DNA of 24,021 nt from a virus (Duplodnaviria > Caudoviricetes), in the IMG/VR virus record IMGVR_UViG_3300017728_000114, positions 1 to 24,021 of that record; one strand, 5' to 3'. The notes beneath the pieces are model-generated. The model was not told the DNA's origin, ran no database searches, and saw only the letters and a program-made list of their open reading frames with translations. How positions within the stretch are numbered: position 1 is the first letter of the stretch; each line of letters begins with the position of its first letter. Both the position numbers and the translations under genes were made by a program. Positions 1 to 7,058 of this stretch are shown in pieces.

Positions 1-315
1 AATGATTTTAGAGTTCGTAGAGAGGCTGGTGCAGCTCCAATGAATAGGTTAATCCAAGGTAAGCCTGGATTGTTAGTTGATAAAAGATGTAAGCGATTAC
101 GAAAAGCATTGAATGGTGGTTATCATTTTAAACGAGTTCAAATATCTGGTGGTGAAAGATACAAAGATCAACCTAATAAGAATGAACATTCGCATGTCGG
201 TGATGCTTTTATGTATTTACTATTAGGTGGTGGTGAACATAAACGATTAACAAGAGGTGGTAATAAAAACTTTTCAGCATCAGTAGCTAGTGCAGATTTT
301 GATATATTTGCATGA
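1..315 (+). CDS. terL: Terminase large subunit, C-terminal nuclease region (5'-truncated)
   Basis: Frame is open from base 1 (NDFRVRREAGAAPMNRL...). CKRLRKALNGGYHF...PNKNEHSHVGDAFMYL resembles the C-terminal RNase H-like terminase motif. Lies upstream of the portal. Confidence 0.85.
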   Translation, partial: NDFRVRREAGAAPMNRLIQGKPGLLVDKRCKRLRKALNGGYHFKRVQISGGERYKDQPNKNEHSHVGDAFMYLLLGGGEHKRLTRGGNKNFSASVASADFDIFA

Positions 316-506
316 TCAAAAAATATTTAATTAAGGTTTGGCAGATCGGTGAAATGAGTTTGCTAGAAGAAAAAATTATAGAAGTAGAAGATGATAAATG
401 GAAAGGCATTGTATTACATCAACCAGGAACCAGAGCAACAGCAGAAGAAATAAATGAACCTACAGAAACTAGAACAGATATTCAAGATCCAGGAAACAAA
501 GATTAG
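312..506 (+). CDS. Small hypothetical protein (64 aa)
   Basis: ATGA overlap with the terminase stop; 3' end overlaps the next gene by 53 nt; no recognisable motif. Confidence 0.5.
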   Translation: MIKKYLIKVWQIGEMSLLEEKIIEVEDDKWKGIVLHQPGTRATAEEINEPTETRTDIQDPGNKD

Positions 507-942
507 TGTAGTTCCTTTTAGATCTTACTTATTAAAGATTATGGATCTAAATGAATTTGATAGATTAAATTTATCTCAAACTAATTACTTTGATTATATA
601 GATGCTGCTAGTGAGCAAGGCTATGGCTATACAGTTATTGAGAATGGTAAGCCTATGTTATGCTTTGGTGTAGTTCCTTATTGGCCTGGAGTTGCAGAAT
701 TATGGTTGATACCAGATAAAAAAAAAATTTCAGAGCATAAAATAAAATTTCACAAAGGTGCATTAGAGTTTATGAAGTTAGCAGCTGCTGATCTAAAATT
801 AAAAAGATTACAAGTAACTGTCAGTTCTTTAAATGTTTCTGCTCTCAAATGGATAAAAGCAATGTATTTTGTAGAAGAAGGAATTTTAAAACATTATGGT
901 GTTGATAATTCCGACTATGTAATGTTTGCGAGGTACTTTTAA
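454..942 (+). CDS. GNAT-fold acetyltransferase-like phage protein
   Basis: GVAELWL strand and C-terminal LKRLQVTVSSLNVSALKWIKAMYFVEEGILKHYG match the RimJ/RimL-type GNAT motif (N-x2-A-x-[KR]-W...F-x2-EG). Confidence 0.75.
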   Translation: MNLQKLEQIFKIQETKISVVPFRSYLLKIMDLNEFDRLNLSQTNYFDYIDAASEQGYGYTVIENGKPMLCFGVVPYWPGVAELWLIPDKKKISEHKIKFHKGALEFMKLAAADLKLKRLQVTVSSLNVSALKWIKAMYFVEEGILKHYGVDNSDYVMFARYF

Positions 943-946
943 AACT

Positions 947-1213
947 ATGGGATCACTATTCAAAATGCCAAAATATGAACCACCTAAACAAGTGGAAACA
1001 TCTAATAAACTTTTAGATGAAAGAGAGGCGAGAGCTGATGCCAATGAACAAAGAGAAAAAAGAAAGATAGCTGCAAGATCTAGATCTCGTAGAACAAACG
1101 CAAAATTATTATTTTCAGATGAAAGAAACAATCCAGCATTAGGAGTTACAAATAGCATGACACCAACAGTAGCTAATCGTAATCCTTATGATACAGAGAA
1201 GAGGTACACATAA
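947..1213 (+). CDS. Small basic putative virion protein (T7 gp6.7-like position)
   Basis: Start revised from 926 to ATG at 947 (GAGGT at 930-934). MGSLFKMPKYEPPK N-terminus, charged helix, RSRSRR patch; upstream of the portal. Confidence 0.65.
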   Translation: MGSLFKMPKYEPPKQVETSNKLLDEREARADANEQREKRKIAARSRSRRTNAKLLFSDERNNPALGVTNSMTPTVANRNPYDTEKRYT

Positions 1214-1482
1214 TGGGAGGATCACCAGCAAGAGTAATTAAAAAAACTATTTCTAGAGTTACCGGTGGAGGTGGATCACCTTCAGCAACATCTCAAATTG
1301 AAGATAGAAGAACAGAAGTAAAAAAAACAACTGAACCAGAAGGTAAAAAATTAGTTAGAAGAAAAGTAGGAGGAAGAAAAAGAAGAAATGTATCTACTCT
1401 AGCTAACTATGCTCCATCAACATCATTAGGTGAAACAGTAAGTAGAAATCCAAGAGATACTAAAAATAAATTAGGAGCTTAA
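1213..1482 (+). CDS. Small basic putative virion protein (T7 gp7.3-like position)
   Basis: TAATG coupling; MGGSPARVIKKTISRVTGGGG N-terminus and RRKVGGRKRR patch recall gp7.3-type ejected proteins. Confidence 0.65.
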   Translation: MGGSPARVIKKTISRVTGGGGSPSATSQIEDRRTEVKKTTEPEGKKLVRRKVGGRKRRNVSTLANYAPSTSLGETVSRNPRDTKNKLGA

Positions 1483-1608
1483 ATGCCAGATAGAGAAACT
1501 CAAGAATATAATAGAAACCCTCGTTTCATAAAATTAAAAAATAATTGTGAGTGCAATGGTGATTGTAAATGCAAGAATGATGAAAAAAAAAGAGAGGAAA
1601 ATAAATAA
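1483..1608 (+). CDS. 41-aa protein with CxCxxxCxC cluster
   Basis: Manual translation MPDRETQEYNRNPRFIKLKNNCECNGDCKCKNDEKKREENK. ATG directly follows the upstream TAA, AGGAG lies at 1473-1477, and the stop overlaps the next ATG. Absent from the ORF track. Confidence 0.7.
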   Translation: MPDRETQEYNRNPRFIKLKNNCECNGDCKCKNDEKKREENK

Positions 1609-1757
1609 TGGCTAAACCTGGATTATACGCAAACATAAACGCAAGAAAGAAAAAAGGAATTAGCAGATCTAAAAAGAATTCTACTATTTCAGATAAGGCA
1701 TATAAAAATATGAAAGCTGGATTTCCAAGATCTAAAAGAACTAAAGGATTAGTTTAA
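1608..1757 (+). CDS. 49-aa highly basic protein (GLYANI motif)
   Basis: MAKPGLYANINARKKKGISRSKKNSTISDKAYKNMKAGFPRSKRTKGLV. TAATG coupling at both ends, GAGGA upstream; motif recalled from small marine phage proteins. Confidence 0.8.
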   Translation: MAKPGLYANINARKKKGISRSKKNSTISDKAYKNMKAGFPRSKRTKGLV

Positions 1758-1870
1758 TGCCTAATGTAGCTGGTAAGAAATATCCTTATACAAAAGCTGG
1801 AAAGAAAGAAGCTAAACAAGCAAAGAAAAAAATGAGTAGAAAAAATAGAAAGAAAGGATTGGTTTATTAA
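1757..1870 (+). CDS. 37-aa Lys-rich protein
   Basis: MPNVAGKKYPYTKAGKKEAKQAKKKMSRKNRKKGLVY. TAATG coupling, AAGGA upstream. Confidence 0.75.
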   Translation: MPNVAGKKYPYTKAGKKEAKQAKKKMSRKNRKKGLVY

Positions 1871-1872
1871 TT

Positions 1873-2010
1873 ATGTACAAAATGAAAATGAAAAAAAAGA
1901 ATACTTTAAAAGGTAATCAAAAAAAATTAGATGCTAATAAAGATGGTAAAATAAGTGGTAATGATTTTGCTTTATTAAAAAATAAAAAAAAACAAAAGGC
2001 AACAGCATGA
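1873..2010 (+). CDS. 45-aa basic protein with a single EF-hand-like loop
   Basis: MYKMKMKKKNTLKGNQKKLDANKDGKISGNDFALLKNKKKQKATA. DANKDGKISGND fits the 12-residue EF-hand loop. The true start could be one of the later ATGs. Confidence 0.75.
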   Translation: MYKMKMKKKNTLKGNQKKLDANKDGKISGNDFALLKNKKKQKATA

Positions 2011-2117
2011 TGATGTTTGGAAAAACTCCTAGTGATTGGAAAGCATTAGAATTACATTACAGAAGAGAATGGATCTGCTTTGTTGTTGGATTTATTTTAG
2101 GAGCTGTAATATTCTAA
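2007..2117 (+). CDS. 36-aa protein with C-terminal transmembrane segment
   Basis: MMMFGKTPSDWKALELHYRREWICFVVGFILGAVIF. ATGA overlap at the 5' end and TAATG overlap at the 3' end. Confidence 0.7.
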   Translation: MMMFGKTPSDWKALELHYRREWICFVVGFILGAVIF

Positions 2118-2365
2118 TGGTAGCTAAAAGATTTCAAGATCCATCTGGTGGTTTAAATGATGCTGGTAGAAAAAAATTTGGTGTTAAAAGACCACAAAGC
2201 TCTGGTAAAGATGGCCGAAGAATTTCTTTTGCTGCAAGATTTTCTAAAGTACCTGGCCCATTAGAAAAAGATGGAAAGCCAACGAGATTAAAACTTGCAT
2301 TAAAAAAATGGGGATTTGCAAATAAACAAGCAGCAGCTAGTTTTGCAGCAAACAATAAGGCATAA
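2117..2365 (+). CDS. 82-aa basic conserved phage protein (DUF6321-like)
   Basis: Start revised from 2036 to ATG at 2117 (AGGAG at 2099-2103, TAATG coupling). GGLNDAGR...RRISFAARF...RLKLALKKWG pattern recalled for this family. Confidence 0.7.
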   Translation: MVAKRFQDPSGGLNDAGRKKFGVKRPQSSGKDGRRISFAARFSKVPGPLEKDGKPTRLKLALKKWGFANKQAAASFAANNKA

Positions 2366-2367
2366 TT

Positions 2368-3975
2368 ATGATGTATTTAAAACCACAAGAAATTTTAAAA
2401 AGACACAAGAAAGCATTTGGTGCAAAAGAAAATTGGAGAACAATTTATGAAGAGTGTTATCAATATGCTTTACCTCAAAGAAATTTATATGATGGTTATT
2501 ATGAAGGTAACATTCCTGGACAGGGTAAAATGTCTAGAGTGTTTGATAGTACAGGAATACATTCTGTTCAAAGATTTGCTAACAGAATTCAATCTGGATT
2601 ATTTCCTCCTTATAAAAAATGGTGCAGATTAGAACCTGGTAATGATATACCAAATGAAAGAAAAGGTGAAACGCAACAAGCTCTTGATTTATATTTAGAT
2701 AAATTATTTGCAGTATTAAGACAAAGTAATTTTGATTTAGCTATTGGTGAATTCTTATTAGATCTATCAGTTGGTACAGCTGCAATGTTAATTCAGCCTG
2801 GCGATGATTTAAACCCTGTAACATTTACTCCTGTTCCTCAATATTTAATTGCATTAGAAGAAGGGCCTAATGGTACAGTTGATAATGTATATAGAAGATT
2901 AAGAGTTACCGGTGATGCTGTTGCTAGACAATTCCCTGGTGCAAATATTTCACCAGAGTTACAAAGAATGATAGATGATAAGCCACAGGAAAAAATAGAG
3001 TTCTGTGAGGCAGTAGTAGTAGATCCAGAAAGAAAAGATTACTGCTATCATGTCATCCATGAAAAAACTAATACAGAATTAGTTTATAAAAGAATGGATC
3101 AATCACCTTGGATAGTAAGTAGATATATGAAAGTACCAGGTGAAGTTATGGGTAGAGGCCCATTAGTAACTGCTTTACCAGATATTAAAACATTAAATAA
3201 AACTTTAGAATTATTATTAAAGAATGCATCATTAGCAATCTCTGGAATTTACACAGCAGCTGATGATGGTGTATTAAATCCAAACAACATTAGAATTACT
3301 CCAGGTGCAATTATTCCTGTAGCTAGAAATGGTGGGCCTCAAGGTGCATCATTGGCCCCTCTTCCAAGAGCTGGTGATTTTAATGTATCTCAAATTGTTA
3401 TTAATGATTTAAGAATGAATATTAAAAAAACATTATTAGATGATACTTTACCTCCAGATAATATGTCAGCTAGATCTGCAACTGAAATTGTAGAAAGAAT
3501 GAAAGAGTTAGCTCAAAATATGGGAGCTGCATTCGGAAGATTAATTACAGAAACAATGGTTCCAATAATTCGTAGAACATTATTTATAATGGATGAAAAA
3601 GGATTGATACAATTACCTCTAAAGATAGATGGATTAGAGGTTAAAGTAGTACCAATATCACCTCTTGCTAAAGCTCAAAATTTAGAAGAGGTAAATGAGG
3701 TCATGCAGTTTTTCCAAATTGCTAACTCGTTAGGCCCTGGTGGGGTGGCTGAAATAAAACCGGATGCTATTGCTGCATTCGTTGGTGATAAACTTGGCAT
3801 ACCAGCTAGTTTAAGAAACAGCGAAGAAGAAAAGCAACAGATCCAACAACAAGCTATGGCTATGCAGCAACAGATGATGATGCAGCAGCAACCACCTGGG
3901 AATGAGCAACCTCAAGATCAAGCTCCTCCTCAAGAAGAACCAGCTATGGCTTTAGAGGCAGAGGCTAGATCTTAA
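2368..3975 (+). CDS. Portal / head-to-tail connector protein
   Basis: 535 aa; FDSTG...RFANRIQSGLFPP..KW, PWIVSRY...GEVMGRGP, SATEIVER and SPLAKAQ motifs, plus a Q-rich tail, typical of T7 gp8/BPP-1-type connectors. Confidence 0.93.
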   Translation: MMYLKPQEILKRHKKAFGAKENWRTIYEECYQYALPQRNLYDGYYEGNIPGQGKMSRVFDSTGIHSVQRFANRIQSGLFPPYKKWCRLEPGNDIPNERKGETQQALDLYLDKLFAVLRQSNFDLAIGEFLLDLSVGTAAMLIQPGDDLNPVTFTPVPQYLIALEEGPNGTVDNVYRRLRVTGDAVARQFPGANISPELQRMIDDKPQEKIEFCEAVVVDPERKDYCYHVIHEKTNTELVYKRMDQSPWIVSRYMKVPGEVMGRGPLVTALPDIKTLNKTLELLLKNASLAISGIYTAADDGVLNPNNIRITPGAIIPVARNGGPQGASLAPLPRAGDFNVSQIVINDLRMNIKKTLLDDTLPPDNMSARSATEIVERMKELAQNMGAAFGRLITETMVPIIRRTLFIMDEKGLIQLPLKIDGLEVKVVPISPLAKAQNLEEVNEVMQFFQIANSLGPGGVAEIKPDAIAAFVGDKLGIPASLRNSEEEKQQIQQQAMAMQQQMMMQQQPPGNEQPQDQAPPQEEPAMALEAEARS

Positions 3976-4244
3976 TGGCAGATATTAATACTCCAGGATG
4001 GGAAGGATTAAATACTCTTGATGTTGTTCATCGTAAAGATGATCAGTTAGAATTAGATAAGGCTTATGCTAGAACATTTGAAACAGAAGAAGGAAAAAAA
4101 GTTTTAGAACATTTAAAATCTAAAACACTTGATCAACCAACTTGGATACCAGGATCTGAAACATCTTTTGGCTTTGCTAGAGAAGGACAAAATTCTGTTA
4201 TGCGAGATATATTAATGAGAATAGAAAGGGCAAAAAATGAGTAG
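3975..4244 (+). CDS. Bbp19-like small protein between portal and scaffold
   Basis: YARTFETEEGKKVLEHL...AREGQNSV pattern and position. Confidence 0.7.
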   Translation: MADINTPGWEGLNTLDVVHRKDDQLELDKAYARTFETEEGKKVLEHLKSKTLDQPTWIPGSETSFGFAREGQNSVMRDILMRIERAKNE

Positions 4245-5040
4245 TGAAGAAATAAAAAATGAAGAAAGTTTAATTGGTGATGCTCCGGCTACAGAACCGG
4301 TAGAACCTAATGCAGAGGAAACAACTATTCCTCATAAAGAAGAAGAGCAAACTAATACAACTCCTCAACAAGAAACAGATGGAGCTAAATTAGAAAAACC
4401 AGATTACATTGAAGATAAATTCTGGGATGAAAAAGAAGGAGTTAAAACAGAAGATTTAAGTAAGTCATATACTGAATTACAAAAACAATTTTCTATGGGA
4501 AAACATAAAGCTCCTAAAGAATATGATATGGCAGCATTAGAAGATATAGATGAGGATGATGAATTAGCATCTTATTTTAAAGATTGGGCAAAAGAAAATA
4601 AACCAACTCAAGCTGCATTTGATAATCTTGTAAATAAATTTAAAGAATTATCTGTAGCTCAAGCAGAAGAAGATAGTATTAATATTGACGAAGAAAAAAA
4701 AATACTAGGGCCTAATGCTGATCAGATTATAAAAGGTATTACTACTTGGGGCCAAGGATTAGTATCTAAAGGTATATGGTCAGATGCTGACTTTGATGAG
4801 TTTAAAATTTTTGCAGCTACAGGCAATGGTATTAATGCTTTAAATAAAGTTCGTAAGTATTATGGTGAACAAACTATACCTACAGCTCCTATAGATGTTG
4901 AAGGGCAACCATCTAAAGAAGAGTTGTATAGTTTAGTAAATGATCCTAAATACAAATCAGATCCAGTATTTAGAAGAAAAGTTGAAGAACAGTTTGCTAG
5001 AGCATTCCCTGGTACTGCAACATCAACAGGCGAAATCTAA
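4237..5040 (+). CDS. Capsid assembly (scaffold) protein
   Basis: Acidic, helical 267-aa protein; KPDYIEDKFWD...LSKSYTELQK and C-terminal DPKYKSDPVFRRKVE resemble T7 gp9-type scaffolds; directly upstream of the capsid gene. Confidence 0.8.
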   Translation: MSSEEIKNEESLIGDAPATEPVEPNAEETTIPHKEEEQTNTTPQQETDGAKLEKPDYIEDKFWDEKEGVKTEDLSKSYTELQKQFSMGKHKAPKEYDMAALEDIDEDDELASYFKDWAKENKPTQAAFDNLVNKFKELSVAQAEEDSINIDEEKKILGPNADQIIKGITTWGQGLVSKGIWSDADFDEFKIFAATGNGINALNKVRKYYGEQTIPTAPIDVEGQPSKEELYSLVNDPKYKSDPVFRRKVEEQFARAFPGTATSTGEI

Positions 5041-5065
5041 TGAATAAATAATTTTTTTTAAACTA

Positions 5066-5094
5066 TTTACATTTGATATAAAATCGCTTATCTT
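5066..5094 (+). promoter_or_regulatory. Sigma70-like promoter for the capsid operon
   Basis: TTTACA (5066-5071), 17-nt spacer, TATCTT (5089-5094), with an A/T-rich tract upstream, in the largest intergenic gap. Predicted start near 5101. Confidence 0.6.
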
Positions 5095-5101
5095 TGTAAG
5101 T

Positions 5102-5185
5102 GAAGATAACTAAATATTCATTTAGCCTTCTGGCTGGTGGGCAACTACACCATACGATCAGCCGGATATGTATTCCGACAACTGA
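5102..5185 (+). ncRNA. Structured 5' leader (putative cis-regulatory RNA) of the major capsid gene
   Basis: GC-enriched island with three hairpins: 5102-5130, 5137-5148 (GCAA tetraloop) and 5158-5185. See findings. Confidence 0.6.
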
Positions 5186-5224
5186 AAATAATAGTAACAA
5201 TGTGTAATATATGAAAGGATAAAT

Positions 5225-6076
5225 ATGGCACAATCAATAACAAATGCTTTTGTTACTCTATTTGATGCAGAGGTCAAACAGGCTTACCAATCAGAAAGTG
5301 TATTGCGACAGGCTGTTAGATTAAGATCTGGAGTACAAGGGCAAACTTACAAGTTTAATAAACTTGGTAAGGGATCTGCAACTGCAAGGATACCTCAAAC
5401 TGATGTTACACCTTTAAATGTAACTTACAGCCAGGTAACTGCAACTATGTCAGATTACAATGCTGCTGAATACAGCGATATTTTTCATCAAGCAAAAGTT
5501 AATTTTGATGAAAGATCAGAGCTTGTTCAAGTAGTATCAAAAGCAATCGGTAGAAGAATAGACCAATTAGTCATAGATGCTCTTAATGGTGCATCTGGTG
5601 CATCAACAGTAGCGAAAAATGTTGTTACATCTGGTTCTGCTGCAAACTCAAACTTGAATGTTGGAAAGTTAATAGCTGCTAAAAAAGCTCTTGACACAAA
5701 AAATGTTCCCTTTGATGATCGTTGCATAGCTGTTCATGCTAACAATTTAGCTGGACTACTAGGTGATGAGAGAGCAGTAAGTGGCGACTTTGCGTCTATC
5801 AAAGCTCTTGTTTCTGGCGAAATTAACACATTTATGGGTATGAAATTTATTGTGTTAGGCGACAGAGATGAAGGTGGACTACCATTAACATCAAACGACA
5901 GAAGTATTTTTGCTTTCCATCGTTCAGCAATAGGTATGGCTGAAAACATGGCACAAAAAACAGAGATCAACTATGTTCCGGAGAAAACTTCGTTCCTAGT
6001 TAATTCTATGTTTAGTGCTGGTGCAGTATCTATAGATGACGAAGGTGTTGTAAAAATAACTTGTGACGAAAGCTAA
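5225..6076 (+). CDS. Major capsid protein
   Basis: AAGGA SD; 283 aa; FVTLFDAEVKQAYQ..S.LR start, AIGRRIDQLVIDAL, GEINTFMGMKFI and C-terminal GAVSIDDEGVVKI, typical of BPP-1/T7-like HK97-fold capsids; follows the scaffold. Confidence 0.92.
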   Translation: MAQSITNAFVTLFDAEVKQAYQSESVLRQAVRLRSGVQGQTYKFNKLGKGSATARIPQTDVTPLNVTYSQVTATMSDYNAAEYSDIFHQAKVNFDERSELVQVVSKAIGRRIDQLVIDALNGASGASTVAKNVVTSGSAANSNLNVGKLIAAKKALDTKNVPFDDRCIAVHANNLAGLLGDERAVSGDFASIKALVSGEINTFMGMKFIVLGDRDEGGLPLTSNDRSIFAFHRSAIGMAENMAQKTEINYVPEKTSFLVNSMFSAGAVSIDDEGVVKITCDES

Positions 6077-6095
6077 TAGAGGAAGGATATAAATT

Positions 6096-6371
6096 ATGGC
6101 TTATGCAGAAATAGGACTACAACCAATAGGTGGTCAATCAAAAGCTGGTAATGCTCCTCAAATGTGGAGTTACAAATCAGCTGACGCAATCGCAACTGTT
6201 AATACTTCTGGATACTTTAATACAGCATCCGATAGTTTAAAAGTTGGTGATTTAATTTATGTGTACGATAGTAATACACCTACTGCTAGTTTAGTAGTAG
6301 TGCTATCAAATGCATCTGGAGTAGTGGATGTATCTGATGGAACAGCTATTACTGTTGCTGACGCAGATTAA
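6096..6371 (+). CDS. Small structural protein, probable capsid decoration/cement
   Basis: AAGGA SD; beta-rich 91 aa; lies between the capsid gene and the terminator, implying capsid-level expression. Confidence 0.6.
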   Translation: MAYAEIGLQPIGGQSKAGNAPQMWSYKSADAIATVNTSGYFNTASDSLKVGDLIYVYDSNTPTASLVVVLSNASGVVDVSDGTAITVADAD

Positions 6372-6382
6372 TAAATAAATAT

Positions 6383-6413
6383 GAGGAGGCCCTTAATGGG
6401 CCTTCTCTGTATT
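6383..6413 (+). terminator. Probable leaky intrinsic terminator or stabilising hairpin after the head genes
   Basis: GAGGAGGCCC-TTAAT-GGGCCTTCTC 10-bp stem (one G-U) followed by an imperfect TGTATT tract; position equivalent to T7 Tphi. Confidence 0.7.
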
Positions 6414-6425
6414 AAAAGGAATTAA

Positions 6426-7058
6426 ATGGCAAGTGGCGATACAAATATAACTATATGCAACCAAGCTCTAAATTTATTAGGAGCTGATACTATAAGTTCA
6501 TTTAGCGATACATCAAATGATGCTGCTGCTGTATGTAATAACATTTACGAAACTATTAAAAGACAAACTCTATCTATGTACCAATGGAGTTTTGCATTTA
6601 CAAAATTACAATTATCTCAATCTTCTACATCACCAATAGGTGAATGGGATTATAGATATGATTTACCTTCAACAGCTGTAGCTGGTCAAGCATTTCAAGT
6701 TTATAATACTAAAGCATCTTTAGCTCAACCAATTACAAATTTTGAAATGATTTATACAACATCTGGCCCAGCAATATTTACAAATGAAAAAACAATTTTT
6801 ATTGATTATATTACAAGTGAAATAACAGAAGGATTAATGCCTTCATATTTTGTACAATTACTTGTTTATATGATGGCTTGGCATTTAGCTGAACCGGTAA
6901 CAGATCAAATAACAAAGGCAGATTATTGGAAAGTCACAGCATTAGGTACTCCATCTGAAAATGGTAGAGGGGGTTATTTTAGACAAGCTGCTAATGCAGA
7001 TGCTAGAGGTAAACCTTCTTATGCAATTCATGAGTTTCCATTAACAGATGTTAGATAA
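6426..7058 (+). CDS. Tail tubular protein A (adaptor, gp11-like)
   Basis: ICNQALNLLGADTISSF...WSFA...YRYDLPS pattern, 210 aa, canonical position. Confidence 0.85.
   Translation: MASGDTNITICNQALNLLGADTISSFSDTSNDAAAVCNNIYETIKRQTLSMYQWSFAFTKLQLSQSSTSPIGEWDYRYDLPSTAVAGQAFQVYNTKASLAQPITNFEMIYTTSGPAIFTNEKTIFIDYITSEITEGLMPSYFVQLLVYMMAWHLAEPVTDQITKADYWKVTALGTPSENGRGGYFRQAANADARGKPSYAIHEFPLTDVR

Noticed and set aside
718-727. Poly-A tract as a phase-variation site in the GNAT gene
   Set aside because: In-frame Lys codons; similar A runs are common throughout this AT-rich sequence.
2036-2116. 5' extension of the 109-aa ORF in the track
   Set aside because: It overlaps a better-coupled 36-aa ORF (2007..2117); ATG 2117 has an SD and TAATG coupling.
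3835-3900. CAG/CAA-rich repeat at the portal 3' end
   Set aside because: Ordinary Gln/Met-rich low-complexity tail typical of this portal family.
6040-6100. T7 gp10B-style frameshift or readthrough extension of the capsid
   Set aside because: The capsid ends in a double stop (TAA TAG), I see no convincing slippery site, and the next gene has its own SD.
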